Part shown: positions 40,605 through 50,655 of the stretch, piece by piece | How the letters are laid out: each line of letters starts with the position of its first letter | Position numbering within the stretch: position 1 is the stretch's first letter | Origin: Spirochaetota bacterium | GTDB lineage: Bacteria; Spirochaetota; Spirochaetia; Treponematales; Rectinemataceae | Length of the DNA: 64,000 nucleotides | Reading direction: 5' to 3' | Assembly: GCA_029265615.1 (NCBI GenBank) | Contig: JAJUIB010000008.1 | Span: 40,256-104,255 of the forward strand | Made by a program: the position numbers and the translations under genes | Notes under the pieces: model-generated | The model's database searches: none | The model's input: only the letters and a program-made list of their open reading frames with translations | Told to the model about the DNA's origin: nothing

Positions 40605-41564
40605 TTAAGCCCCCATAAAGGGGCTTAGGCCGATAATCCATCGCCGCAGGGCAGGTGCGGCGATGGCTGCCCAGGGGCGCAACGTTTGCGCCTCGCTTTT
40701 TACCTCGGCATAGTAATCCTCGAGGTTTTTTTGCCTGAATTTGAGGACGAGCTCCGCTTCGTCTGAGTCGGCGAACCACCCGCAGTGGAATCCCGAGGTT
40801 GCGAACGCCGTCTCAGGCAGGAAGCGTGCGCCGCCGAGGCCGAAGAGCGCGAACATGCGGTCAAGGTACTCGCGGAAGGTTGTCCTGCAGGATTCGCCTC
40901 CGCCTATGTTGAAGGTCGCGCCAAGGGCCGCGTCTTCGTGGAGGGCTGCGGCAAATGCCCGTCCCGTATCTTCCGTGTGGCAGACTTCGATGCGGGTCGC
41001 AAGAGGCATGTGGAAGAGGAGAGGGTCGATCGCAAGCTTTTTCCGCCAGACGATGTAGGTTAGCCGAAGAATGGAAAAAGGCAGCCCCGATTCGCGGACG
41101 AGCGATTCTGCTTCGATTTTCGTCGTGGCATAGACGTCCCCCGGGCTTGCGACAAGGGGGTCATCGACCCGGATCCAGTAGTCATTGAGCCGGTCGCCGT
41201 AGGCGGCGACGCTCGAGGCGAACACGAAGCGCGGGGTGAGGGGGCTTGTGCGCGCCGCTTCGAGAAGATTTTTTGTGCCGCCTACGTTGATGGCTCGGGT
41301 GCGTTCCGGGTCGCGGTCTGCGAGGGGCGGGATGAGCGCGGCGAGATGGCAGATGCCTTCCTGTCCGGCGACTGCCTCGCGCGTACAGCGCTCATCGCAG
41401 ATGTCGCCCCAGATTACGGTGCATTCCGCCGGAAGTTTTCGGGCGAGTGCGCGATTATTGCGCGTCGGGAGTTCGAGGATGCTCACCTCGTCGCCCCGTG
41501 CACGAAGCGCGGCGACTGTGCTGCGCCCCACATTGCCCAATGCCCCGGTCACGAGAACACGCAT
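40605..41564 (-). CDS. NAD-dependent epimerase/dehydratase family protein
   Basis: Rossmann motif MRVLVTGALGNVGRS. Extended SDR length (319 aa) with a YxxxK-type context (YATTK). Confidence 0.8.
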   Translation of the reverse strand: MRVLVTGALGNVGRSTVAALRARGDEVSILELPTRNNRALARKLPAECTVIWGDICDERCTREAVAGQEGICHLAALIPPLADRDPERTRAINVGGTKNLLEAARTSPLTPRFVFASSVAAYGDRLNDYWIRVDDPLVASPGDVYATTKIEAESLVRESGLPFSILRLTYIVWRKKLAIDPLLFHMPLATRIEVCHTEDTGRAFAAALHEDAALGATFNIGGGESCRTTFREYLDRMFALFGLGGARFLPETAFATSGFHCGWFADSDEAELVLKFRQKNLEDYYAEVKSEAQTLRPWAAIAAPALRRWIIGLSPFMGA

Positions 41565-41744
41565 GCCCCCACCTCCATTAAAGAACGATTATTCATTCAA
41601 TAATATAGCGCGGTTATGCCGCGGCGTAAAGACGTGGCGCGTAAATACAGCAAAATCGCGCGGCTTTTACCGTGCGTCCGTTGCGTGCACCAGTGAAGCT
41701 GGGTAGAATTAAAAGAAGGAATATGGAGAAAGGGCGGCAGGCAC

Positions 41745-43037
41745 ATGGACGGGGACGCCATCCGAGACGTCATTGCGATCGACTCGGAGCTCAATAAAAT
41801 ACAGGATTCCGACCTTCTCCTCGAACGCATCCTCCTCGAAGCGCGCCGCGTGGTGCGGGCGGAGGCGGGGACCATCTACGTCAAGGATGGCGACAAGCTT
41901 CACTTCAAGTACTCGCAGAATGAGCTCAAAGAGCGGGAATTGCCGCCGGGCACCAAGCTCCCCTACGCGAATTTCAGCCTTGTCATCAACGAAAAAACGA
42001 TTTCAGGCTATGTGGCGATGACGGGCCAGCTCCTCAATATCCCCGATGTCTACAAGCTTCCATCCAACAGCCCCTATGGCTATTCGAGCTATTACGACGA
42101 ACAGACTGGCTACCGCACCACCTCGATGCTCACCTTGCCTTTAAAAACAGGTTCGGGCAAGCTCCTCGGCGTGATCCAGGTGATCAACGCGAAGGACGAG
42201 ACGGGAAGGACCCGTGCCTTCTCGAAAGAGGACGAAGTCCTCATTACCCATTTTGCGGCGAACGCAACCGTCGCGCTGCAACGCGCCTTCCAGACGCGGA
42301 GCATGATCTACCGTATGAACCGCACCGCCGAGCTCCGCGATTCGCACGAGACGAATGCGCACGTCCTCCGCGTCGCAGGCTACGCCGCGGAGATTTACGA
42401 CCGCTGGGCTTTTACCCGCGGCATTCCTGAGGCCGAGCGCGACCGATACAAGGATACACTCAAGATGGCCGCGATGCTCCACGACATCGGCAAGGTGGCC
42501 ATTTCCGACCTCATCCTGAAAAAGCCCGCGCGCTTTACGCCCGAGGAGTATCAGGTCATGCAGGCGCACACGTACTGCGGTGCGATGCTCTTCACCGATC
42601 CAGAATCCGAATTCGACCGCATGGCGGGCGAGATCGCGCTCACGCACCACGAGCGCTGGGACGGCGAGGGCTATCCGGGACGTGTCGATCCCGCTCACGC
42701 CGCGCCGCGGGTCAAGCGCATCGTTGTGGAGGGTGTCGAGCGCGAGGTGGAGGTGTGGGATGCGCCCGCCCTTGAGCAGGACGAGGAGGGGCGGCCTCGC
42801 CGCCTCAGGGGCGAGGAGATACCGCTCTCGGGACGTATCGTCGCGGTTGCAGACGTATTCGACGCCCTCATCTCGCATCGGGTGTACAAGGAAAGCTGGA
42901 CTAAGGACAAGGTTGTTGCTGAGATACTCGCCCAGGCGGGCCGACAGTTCGATCCCGAAGTAGTCGCTGCCTTTGGCGAGGTCGTCCCGCGTCTTGAGCA
43001 GATTCGCGCGCTCTATCCCGACGCTGCAGCGAGATAG
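41745..43037 (+). CDS. GAF-domain HD-GYP phosphohydrolase (likely c-di-GMP phosphodiesterase)
   Basis: N-terminal GAF-like region. HD-GYP motifs AAMLHDIGKVAISD and HHERWDGEGYPG. Confidence 0.85.
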   Translation: MDGDAIRDVIAIDSELNKIQDSDLLLERILLEARRVVRAEAGTIYVKDGDKLHFKYSQNELKERELPPGTKLPYANFSLVINEKTISGYVAMTGQLLNIPDVYKLPSNSPYGYSSYYDEQTGYRTTSMLTLPLKTGSGKLLGVIQVINAKDETGRTRAFSKEDEVLITHFAANATVALQRAFQTRSMIYRMNRTAELRDSHETNAHVLRVAGYAAEIYDRWAFTRGIPEAERDRYKDTLKMAAMLHDIGKVAISDLILKKPARFTPEEYQVMQAHTYCGAMLFTDPESEFDRMAGEIALTHHERWDGEGYPGRVDPAHAAPRVKRIVVEGVEREVEVWDAPALEQDEEGRPRRLRGEEIPLSGRIVAVADVFDALISHRVYKESWTKDKVVAEILAQAGRQFDPEVVAAFGEVVPRLEQIRALYPDAAAR

Positions 43038-43117
43038 CCTGCTGCTGCATCGGCTCCCTCCGCATCTGCGGCTGCAGTTGCTGCCGCGGTCGATCGAAGC
43101 CCCATCGAGACACGCAC

Positions 43118-43146
43118 TTGACCGCTCGCGGCGGGCTCCTTTACAC
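43118..43146 (+). promoter_or_regulatory. Candidate promoter TTGACC-N17-TTACAC ending 8 nt before the alaS ATG (leaderless candidate)
   Basis: Hexamers read directly from the sequence. No Shine-Dalgarno sequence upstream of the ATG at 43155. Confidence 0.35.
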
Positions 43147-43154
43147 TCGCGCGC

Positions 43155-44942
43155 ATGATCACCTCACACGAGCTTCGATCGAAATACATCGAGTTCTTCA
43201 AATCGAAGGACCACGCGGAAATCTCCGGGAAGTCCCTTATCCCCGAGAACGACCCCACGGTGCTTTTCACGACGGCGGGCATGCACCCCCTCGTGCCCTA
43301 TCTCCTCGGCGAGCCGCATCCCGCCGGTAAGCGGCTTACCGACTACCAGAAGTGTGTCCGGACGGGCGACATCGACGAGGTCGGCGACGCAGCTCATCTC
43401 ACCTGCTTCGAGATGCTCGGGAACTGGTCCCTCGGGGACTACTTCAAAAAAGAGTCGATCGCGTGGAGCTATGAGTTCCTCACTTCGCCGCGCTGGCTCG
43501 CCCTCGATCCGCGTCTGATCTCGGTCACCGTCTTTGCCGGCGACGAGAACGCGCCGCGTGATGAGGAGTCTGCCGCGATCTGGAAATCGATCGGCATGCC
43601 GGAAGACCGCATTGCCTACCTTCCCGCCTCGGATAACTGGTGGGCGGCCGGTCCCACCGGTCCCTGCGGCCCCGACACCGAGATTTTCTACTGGGTCGGC
43701 GAAGGGCTTCCACCGCCTGGATCGAACAAGGGCACCGATCCCAAGCGCTGGATGGAGATCTGGAACAACGTTTTTATGGAGTATAACAGGATCGATGAAA
43801 AGACCCTTGTGAAGCTCCCCGCGCAGAATGTCGACACGGGTATGGGCCTTGAGCGCACGACGACCGTTCTCCAGGGCAAGACTTCGGTGTATGAGACGGA
43901 GATCTTCCGCCCCATCATCGCCGCGATCGAGGCGGTCTCCGGCTACGCCTATGGCTCCGACGCCGAACGCGACCGCTCGGTGCGCATCATCGCGGATCAC
44001 GTGCGCTCGGCGACCTTCATCCTCGGTGACCCCAAGGGCGTGCTCCCTTCCAACGTGGGGGCGGGTTATGTCCTCCGCCGCCTCATCCGCCGCGCGGTGC
44101 GGCACGGCCGCAAGCTCGGCGTCGCGGAGCCTTTTCTCACGAAACCTGCGGCGGTCGTTATCGAGAACTTCAAGGGCCCCTATCCAGAGCTCGAGGACAA
44201 TCGGGCGAAGATCCTCGAAGCGCTCGAGGCCGAAGAGCGCAAGTTCCTCGAGACCTTGGAGAAGGGCGAGCACGAGTTTGAAAAAATGCTGCCGAATCTC
44301 CTCAAAAACCCCGACAGGGTGATGTCGGGGCGCCTTGCCTTCAAGCTCTACGATACATACGGCTTCCCCATCGAACTTACCGAGGAGCTTGCGTCCGAAC
44401 AGGGTATGCGGGTCAACCGCGAGGAATACGAGGCGGCGTTCAAGAAGCACCAGGAGCTTTCGCGCGCCGGCGCCGACCAGCTCTTCAAGGGCGGACTCGC
44501 CGACCATTCCGAGGTTTCGACGAAGTATCACACCGCCACCCACCTCCTGCACGAGGCGCTCAAGCGGGTTCTCGGTCCCCACGTCGCGCAAAAGGGCTCG
44601 AACATCACGACCGAGCGCCTCCGCTTCGATTTTGCCCATGGGGCGCCGATGACCAAGGAGGAGCTTGCGCAGGTAGAAGCGCTCGTCAACGAGCAGATCG
44701 CCCGCGATCTTCCCGTCACCATGACGATTATGAAGCTCGAGGAGGCCAAGGCTGTGGGCGCCCGCGCGCTCTTCGGCGAAAAGTACGAGGAGAATGTAAA
44801 AGTGTATACCATTGGGGATTTTTCCAAGGAGGTCTGTGGTGGCCCCCATGTTGAGCGTACTGGACTGCTTGGCACCTTCCGCATCCAGAAAGAGCAATCT
44901 TCGAGCGCCGGTGTACGGCGCATCTATGCCGTCCTTGAATAG
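43155..44942 (+). CDS. alaS: Alanine--tRNA ligase, short form (595 aa, no C-Ala domain)
   Basis: FTTAGMHPLVPY, EIWNNVFMEYN, editing-domain HTATHLLH and CGGPHV. It ends soon after GVRRIYAVLE. Confidence 0.93.
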   Translation: MITSHELRSKYIEFFKSKDHAEISGKSLIPENDPTVLFTTAGMHPLVPYLLGEPHPAGKRLTDYQKCVRTGDIDEVGDAAHLTCFEMLGNWSLGDYFKKESIAWSYEFLTSPRWLALDPRLISVTVFAGDENAPRDEESAAIWKSIGMPEDRIAYLPASDNWWAAGPTGPCGPDTEIFYWVGEGLPPPGSNKGTDPKRWMEIWNNVFMEYNRIDEKTLVKLPAQNVDTGMGLERTTTVLQGKTSVYETEIFRPIIAAIEAVSGYAYGSDAERDRSVRIIADHVRSATFILGDPKGVLPSNVGAGYVLRRLIRRAVRHGRKLGVAEPFLTKPAAVVIENFKGPYPELEDNRAKILEALEAEERKFLETLEKGEHEFEKMLPNLLKNPDRVMSGRLAFKLYDTYGFPIELTEELASEQGMRVNREEYEAAFKKHQELSRAGADQLFKGGLADHSEVSTKYHTATHLLHEALKRVLGPHVAQKGSNITTERLRFDFAHGAPMTKEELAQVEALVNEQIARDLPVTMTIMKLEEAKAVGARALFGEKYEENVKVYTIGDFSKEVCGGPHVERTGLLGTFRIQKEQSSSAGVRRIYAVLE

Positions 44943-44997
44943 GCTTGCCTTAAAGCGCGCGGCCCCTGCCCTCGGCCGTGTCGCATGACGAGCGCGG

Positions 44998-45031
44998 CGC
45001 GCCCGGCCCCGTGCGGCCGGGCGCGTTTTTT
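44998..45031 (+). terminator. Intrinsic terminator after alaS
   Basis: CGCGCCCGGCC-ccgtgc-GGCCGGGCGCG-TTTTTTATTTTT. Confidence 0.7.
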
Positions 45032-45127
45032 ATTTTTGTCGAAAATTTATCGCCGAGTCTCTGCTGGAAAAGCGTCGGGCCCATCGCTTACCATTGAAAC
45101 TAACCTTGCCTTTCCGGGAGGTTTCGC

Positions 45128-47146
45128 ATGAGGCTCCGTATTGGTGTCCGCGAGCGGATTCTCGTACCTGCGCTCGCAATTTCCCTCCTCACCTTGGCGC
45201 TCGTCATCGGCATCGCCTACGTCGTCTCTTCGCGCACGATTGAGGACCTTGCGCGCAAGCAGGGCGACGCCCTCGCGGCAAGCTATGCCTATGAGATCGA
45301 CGGCATGCTCGAGGTCGCTATGGATGAGGCGCGCGCCTTTGCGCGTTCCTTGCTCGGTCTTCGCCGGGCGACGGTTCGCGAACGCGCGGTCTATGCCGCG
45401 GTCGCACGCGCCGTCCTCGAAGGCCAGCCGCAGTACACGGCCGCGTGGTTTATGTGGGAGCCAAATTTTCTTGGCGAGCCGGACTCCCTGCACCGCGGCG
45501 GTCCCTATGCCACAGAGTCGGGTCGTTTCGCAGCCACGTGGACGCGGGACGCCGCGGGGAACTATGCGCCTTCTGTGTGGGAAGATGAGGAAGCTCAGGC
45601 TTCCTACTATCAGCGCCCCGCAAGTGCAAAGAGCGAGGCACTCCTCGAGCCCTACCAGGACAGCTACTCAGGCTCGAAGGAGGCAATCTGGATGACGAGC
45701 GCCTGCGTGCCGATCCTTGAGGGCGGTCAGCTCCTCGGAGTCGCTGGTATCGACGTGTCGCTCGAAGCGATCAGGAAGCGCATTGCCGAGTTCAAGCCAA
45801 CGGCCGGTGCCTATGCCATCGTCGTCGACAATGCGGCAAAACGTGTGTACCACCCCAAGGCCGAGCTCCTCGGTCAGCCTGTCGGTGACGATACGCCGCA
45901 GCACCGGGACGCGCTCCGCGCGGCGATCAAGGAGGGTAAGCCCTATTCCCTTACCAAGCGCAACCTGGCGACCGGCGCGATCTCCTACCTGTCTTACTAT
46001 CCGATCAGGGTGGGCGCCGATACGACGCCCTGGTCCCTTGCGATCGTTCTTCCCCTTGATGTGCTCCTTGCGGATACCCAGCGCCTGGCCTGGGTGCTTG
46101 TCGGCACCTCGGCGGTAGGCGCCCTCCTTGCAGCCCTCATCCTTGCGGCGGTTTCCGCTTCGCTTGTGCGGCCGGTCAAGGCGGCGCGCGACGCCGCGGT
46201 GCGCTTTGCGCTCGGCGACATGCGCCGCAGGGGTGAGGCAGGCCTCGCTCTCGCTCGTCTCGCCGGCCGTCGTGACGAACTCGGCGAGATGGCCGGGCGG
46301 CTTGACGAGGTCGCCGCCTCCATCGGGAGGGCCATGGGCGAGATCTCGACCGCGGCGCGCCAGGTGGCGGAGGGCGCCGAACAGGTGTCTTCGACATCGC
46401 AGGCGATTTCGTCGGGTGCGAGCGAGCAGGCGGCGAGCGGCGAGGAGGTGTCCGCTTCGATGGAAGAGATTGGGGCGACGATCAAACAGAACGCCGACAC
46501 AGCCGCGACTACCGAACGCATCGCGCGCAAGGCTGCCGAGGACGCCTCCGAGGGCGGCAAGGCGGTTGAGAGCGCGGTCGCGGCGATGAAGGACATCGCC
46601 GGAAAGATCGGCGTCATCGAAGAGATCGCCCGGCAAACAAACCTTCTCGCCCTCAATGCGGCAATCGAGGCCGCCCGTGCGGGCGAAGCGGGTAAGGGCT
46701 TTGCGGTGGTTGCAAGCGAAGTGAGGAAGCTCGCCGAGCGCTCTCAAAAGTCGGCGCAGGAAATTACCGCGCTTTCCACGACCACCGTCTCCGCCGCCGA
46801 GTTGGCGGGGGAGATCATCGGCCGCATCGTACCGGACATTCGGCGCACCGCTGATCTTGTGCAGGAGATATCCGCCGCGACGCGCGAGCAGGCGAGCGGA
46901 GTCGATCAGGTCAACAAGGCGCTTATGCAGCTCGACTCGGTCATTCAGCAAAACGCCTCGGCAAGCGAACAGCTCGCCTCGATGTCGGAGGAGCTCTCGG
47001 CGCAGGCGCGCCGCATGCTCGACTCACTCGCCTTCTTTAAGCTCGATGCCGAAGACGGTGTAGCGGCGTCCGCGGAAGCGGGAGTTTTAGCGTCGGCGGC
47101 GCTCCTTGAGCCGGCGGCGATTGCTGCACCGGCAACGCGAAGCTAG
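45128..47146 (+). CDS. Methyl-accepting chemotaxis protein (dCache-like sensor, HAMP, signalling domain)
   Basis: RBS GGGAGG upstream of the ATG. Signalling-domain motifs [30 protein letters not shown] and [42 protein letters not shown]. Confidence 0.85.
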   Translation: MRLRIGVRERILVPALAISLLTLALVIGIAYVVSSRTIEDLARKQGDALAASYAYEIDGMLEVAMDEARAFARSLLGLRRATVRERAVYAAVARAVLEGQPQYTAAWFMWEPNFLGEPDSLHRGGPYATESGRFAATWTRDAAGNYAPSVWEDEEAQASYYQRPASAKSEALLEPYQDSYSGSKEAIWMTSACVPILEGGQLLGVAGIDVSLEAIRKRIAEFKPTAGAYAIVVDNAAKRVYHPKAELLGQPVGDDTPQHRDALRAAIKEGKPYSLTKRNLATGAISYLSYYPIRVGADTTPWSLAIVLPLDVLLADTQRLAWVLVGTSAVGALLAALILAAVSASLVRPVKAARDAAVRFALGDMRRRGEAGLALARLAGRRDELGEMAGRLDEVAASIGRAMGEISTAARQVAEGAEQVSSTSQAISSGASEQAASGEEVSASMEEIGATIKQNADTAATTERIARKAAEDASEGGKAVESAVAAMKDIAGKIGVIEEIARQTNLLALNAAIEAARAGEAGKGFAVVASEVRKLAERSQKSAQEITALSTTTVSAAELAGEIIGRIVPDIRRTADLVQEISAATREQASGVDQVNKALMQLDSVIQQNASASEQLASMSEELSAQARRMLDSLAFFKLDAEDGVAASAEAGVLASAALLEPAAIAAPATRS

Positions 47147-47187
47147 CGGCGCCGGGCCGAGGGCTGGCGGGCGCCTCCCGGCCCGTA

Positions 47188-47742
47188 TTAGATGCCGCGG
47201 ATTATCTGGGTTGCGAGCTTTCCGTCCTCGGCGACGCGGCGGATGAGATAGGGGCCGCGGGCTCCTGCGCCTTCCCACCAGCTTTCGCGCGCGAACCATT
47301 CGATGCCGGCGCGAAGCTCCTCAAGATCACGGGGGCGAAACTGCATGAAGAGGTAGGCGCCGGGCGCGAGGGCGTAGCGCACGCGGGGGCCGTGCACCGC
47401 GGCTTCATCCGCCTGCGAGCCTGGGACGGAAGAACCGGGGTGCCGCGATCGACCGTAAAAGGCCGGCGGAGGGAGGGGCAGGCCGACGCGGGGGCCGTCG
47501 TCGGGATCGAAGACGACGAGTGCCTCTTCCTGGAAGGCAAAGAGTTCTTCTTCCCCTTCGGCGAGTCCTGACGGACCTTCTGAATCCGCGCCCGCCTCGG
47601 TTCTTTTGAGGAAGCAAAGGCGCGCGGCTTGGTCTGAGTCTGGGATTCCGGTGAAGGGCGGATTTTCCACTCCCTCAAAGGGGAGGGTCGCATGAAGCCT
47701 GAGAGTGAGAAGGGTGAAGGCCATAATGGGTTCATGGTGCAT
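47188..47742 (-). CDS. Hypothetical protein (184 aa; start uncertain)
   Basis: The ORF is trimmed to ATG 47742 (MHHEPIMAF...) because the longer ORF-track version overlaps dxs. I recognise no motif. Confidence 0.45.
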   Translation of the reverse strand: MHHEPIMAFTLLTLRLHATLPFEGVENPPFTGIPDSDQAARLCFLKRTEAGADSEGPSGLAEGEEELFAFQEEALVVFDPDDGPRVGLPLPPPAFYGRSRHPGSSVPGSQADEAAVHGPRVRYALAPGAYLFMQFRPRDLEELRAGIEWFARESWWEGAGARGPYLIRRVAEDGKLATQIIRGI

Positions 47743-47866
47743 CGGTTTCGGCGTCCGCGACAAGGGGAGGCGGTACGTGGAGGCTGGGCGGCGCCGGAGT
47801 AGCGCGCAAGCGCGGCGCGCTTGCGGTGTATGGAAATGCGCCGCAATCCATGGTATCTTTCCGCCA

Positions 47867-49774
47867 ATGGCCATTCTCGACTCCATCGACTCTCCCGCGG
47901 ACCTCAAAAGGCTCGATGTCCGTGCGCTCCGCGAACTTGCCGCAGAGATCCGCGGCCGCATTGTCGCTACGGTAAGCCGTAACGGCGGCCACCTTGCCTC
48001 TAACCTCGGCGTGGTGGAGCTCACGCTCGCCCTGCACCGCATTTTTGACAGCCCCCGTGACGCGATCGTCTGGGATGTCGGACATCAGTGCTATGCGCAC
48101 AAGCTTGTTACGGGGCGGCGTCGCGAGTTCGATACGCTGAGGCGCTCCGGGGGGCTTTCCGGCTTTCCGAAGCGGAGCGAGAGCGAGCATGACCACTTCG
48201 ACACGGGGCACGCGTCGACCTCCATTTCGAGCGCCCTCGGCCTCCTTGCCGCACGGACGCGGCGCGGCGAGGAGGGGAAGGTTGTCGCCGTCATCGGCGA
48301 TGGCGCGCTCACCGGCGGCATGGCCTTTGAGGCGCTGTCTCACGCAGGACAGCTCGCGCTGCCGCTTGTCGTCGTCCTCAACGACAATAAGATGTCGATT
48401 TCACCCAACGTCGGTGCGCTGTCCCGCTACTTATCGGGGCTCTCCGCGACGGTGCGCTACCAGGCTTTGCGCTCGCGCATCGATGCAGCCGTGCGCGGGA
48501 TACCCCTTGTCGGTCCGCGACTCTACCCCGTCATGGTGCGGGCCAAGCGGGCTCTCAAGGCGCTCTTTTTTAAGGAAAACCTTTTCGCCGACCTTGGCTT
48601 CGAGTACGTCGGCCCGATCGATGGACACAATATTCCCGAGATGCTCCATGTCCTCCGTGAGGTGAAGGCGCTCAACCGGCCGGTCGTCGTGCATGTCCTT
48701 ACGAGGAAGGGCAAGGGATATGAGCTTGCGGAGGAGGATCCCGCCCGCTACCACGGTGTATCGCCGATGCGCGCCCTGGACGGCAAGGTCGAGCCGCGGA
48801 CTGCCTCCACCTTCACGGAGTCCTTCGCCGAATCGCTCATTAAGGCGGCGCATGACGATCAACGCATTGTTGCGGTGACCGCGGCGATGGCAAAGGGGAC
48901 CGGACTTGAGAAATTCCGCGCAGCCTGTCCGGGGCGGCTCTATGACGTGGGCATTGCCGAAGAGCATGCGGTCACCTTCGCCGCGGGGCTCGCCGCGGGC
49001 GGCCTCAAGCCGGTCGTGGCGATCTATTCGACCTTTATGCAGCGCGCGGTGGACCAAGTGTTTCACGACGTCGCGCTTCCGCGGCTACCCGTCACCTTTG
49101 TGCTCGATCGGGCGGGGGCGGTGGAGGGTGACGGCGAGACACACCAGGGCATCTACGATCTTGCGCTTTTCCGCCCCATGCCCGGGCTCGCGCTTCTCGC
49201 CCCCACAAGCGCCCGCGAGCTCGATCTTGCGCTTCGCTGGTCGCTTGACTCGGGCCTGCCCGCGATGATCCGCTATCCCAAGGCGCGTTGTCCCGTGGAG
49301 GAGCCTGCATATGCCGAGCCCCTCGTCGCAGGGCGCGGGACCTTTGTCCGCCGCGCGGGGGCTGACACACTCCTTGTCGCGCTTGGCGCCGTCGTGTCAA
49401 ACGCCGCCGAGGCCTCGGACATCCTCCTTCGCGAGGGCCGGGGCGCTGATGTGTATGCGCTGCGCTTTGTCTGTCCATTCGACGAGGAATTTTTTCTCGA
49501 GGCGGTTGCGCCCTACCGTCGAGTCATCTTTCTCGAGGAAGGGGTTGCGCCAGGCGGCGTAGGCGAGGCGCTCGGCGCCCTGCTTGCGCGGCGGCTTCCG
49601 CGGGTGTCTTCCGCTGCCGTTGGCTTTCCCGCCGAGCCCTTTGCGCAGGCCTCCCGTTCAGAGCTTCTTGAGCGCGCCGGTCTTTCGGCCCAGGCGATCG
49701 CCGAGCGCGTTCGTCTTGATGTCGAGCAGGCAGGGCGCATCTTTCTTTTCCGCGCCGCAGGGATATCGGAATGA
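47867..49774 (+). CDS. dxs: 1-deoxy-D-xylulose-5-phosphate synthase
   Basis: MAILDSIDSPADLKRLDVRALRELAAEIR N-terminus, GGHLASNLGVVELTLALH, and TPP motif GDGALTGGMAFEAL. Confidence 0.93.
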   Translation: MAILDSIDSPADLKRLDVRALRELAAEIRGRIVATVSRNGGHLASNLGVVELTLALHRIFDSPRDAIVWDVGHQCYAHKLVTGRRREFDTLRRSGGLSGFPKRSESEHDHFDTGHASTSISSALGLLAARTRRGEEGKVVAVIGDGALTGGMAFEALSHAGQLALPLVVVLNDNKMSISPNVGALSRYLSGLSATVRYQALRSRIDAAVRGIPLVGPRLYPVMVRAKRALKALFFKENLFADLGFEYVGPIDGHNIPEMLHVLREVKALNRPVVVHVLTRKGKGYELAEEDPARYHGVSPMRALDGKVEPRTASTFTESFAESLIKAAHDDQRIVAVTAAMAKGTGLEKFRAACPGRLYDVGIAEEHAVTFAAGLAAGGLKPVVAIYSTFMQRAVDQVFHDVALPRLPVTFVLDRAGAVEGDGETHQGIYDLALFRPMPGLALLAPTSARELDLALRWSLDSGLPAMIRYPKARCPVEEPAYAEPLVAGRGTFVRRAGADTLLVALGAVVSNAAEASDILLREGRGADVYALRFVCPFDEEFFLEAVAPYRRVIFLEEGVAPGGVGEALGALLARRLPRVSSAAVGFPAEPFAQASRSELLERAGLSAQAIAERVRLDVEQAGRIFLFRAAGISE

Positions 49775-50655
49775 ACGACAAAACCACATCGCGCCTTTCT
49801 CTACCGCGTGGACGTTTCCTCGAGCTCGAGCCCTTCGCCGTGATGGCGATTGTCAATGCGACGCCTGACTCGTTCTATGAGCCGAGCCGCAGGCGCGCTG
49901 CGCTCGAGGCCCGGGATGCGGCGCTCGCCGCATTTGCCGCAGGAGCCGCGGTAGTTGACATTGGCGGCGAATCAACGCGCCCCGGGTCCGACTATATCGA
50001 AGAGGCCGAGGAGCTTGAGCGCGTCGTGCCGGTTATCGAGGCGATTCGGCGCGAGAGCGATGCGCCTCTCTCGGTGGACACGCGCAAGGCCGCTGTTGCC
50101 CGCGCCGCGCTCGCTGCAGGCGCAGATATACTCAACGACGTTTCTGCCCTCCTCCACGAGCCCGATGCCGCGCACGCGGCGGCCGAGGCGGGTGCGCCGG
50201 TCGTGCTCATGCACATGCGCGGGGACCCCAAGACGATGCAGAATGCGCCCGAATACGGGGACTGTCCGCGCGAGGTCGCAACATTTCTTGCGGAGGCGGC
50301 GCGACGCGCCGAGGCGGCGGGTGTTGCGCTTGACCGCATTGTGCTCGATCCCGGCATCGGCTTCGGCAAGCGACTTGAGGACAACCTTGCGCTCCTTGCG
50401 CGTCTTGATGAGCTGTGCGCGCTGGGCTACCCCCTTCTTGTGGGCATTTCGCGGAAGTCCATGATCGGGGCGATTACCGGTCGTCCGCCCGAGGGGCGGC
50501 TCGCGGGTAGTCTTGGGGCTGCCTGCGCGGCCTATGCGCGCGGCGCGCGCATCTTCCGCGTGCACGACCCCGCCGAAACGCGCGATGCGCTTGCGGTCTT
50601 TGCTGCCGCGCTTGCGGGGCGCTTCCCCATCGCGCCAGGCGAAGGGAGGATTTAG
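49771..50655 (+). CDS. folP: Dihydropteroate synthase
   Basis: AIVNATPDSFY and DIGGESTRPG motifs. ATGA overlap with dxs. Confidence 0.9.
   Translation: MNDKTTSRLSLPRGRFLELEPFAVMAIVNATPDSFYEPSRRRAALEARDAALAAFAAGAAVVDIGGESTRPGSDYIEEAEELERVVPVIEAIRRESDAPLSVDTRKAAVARAALAAGADILNDVSALLHEPDAAHAAAEAGAPVVLMHMRGDPKTMQNAPEYGDCPREVATFLAEAARRAEAAGVALDRIVLDPGIGFGKRLEDNLALLARLDELCALGYPLLVGISRKSMIGAITGRPPEGRLAGSLGAACAAYARGARIFRVHDPAETRDALAVFAAALAGRFPIAPGEGRI

Noticed and set aside
41724-41798. 24-codon upstream ORF (MEKGRQAHGRGRHPRRHCDRLGAQ) overlapping the start of the GAF-HD-GYP gene
   Set aside because: The Shine-Dalgarno-like AAGGA sits only 2 nt from its ATG, the peptide looks random, and conservation cannot be assessed here.
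43164-44897. 577-aa antisense ORF covering almost all of alaS. Similar cases are 45668-46951 (antisense to an MCP), 6923-8290 (antisense to the giant gene) and 16036-17031 (antisense to the Rsm22-like N-terminal region).
   Set aside because: The sense strands carry unambiguous conserved motifs. The antisense translations are R/G/P/A-rich with no recognisable domain. This is a GC-content artefact.
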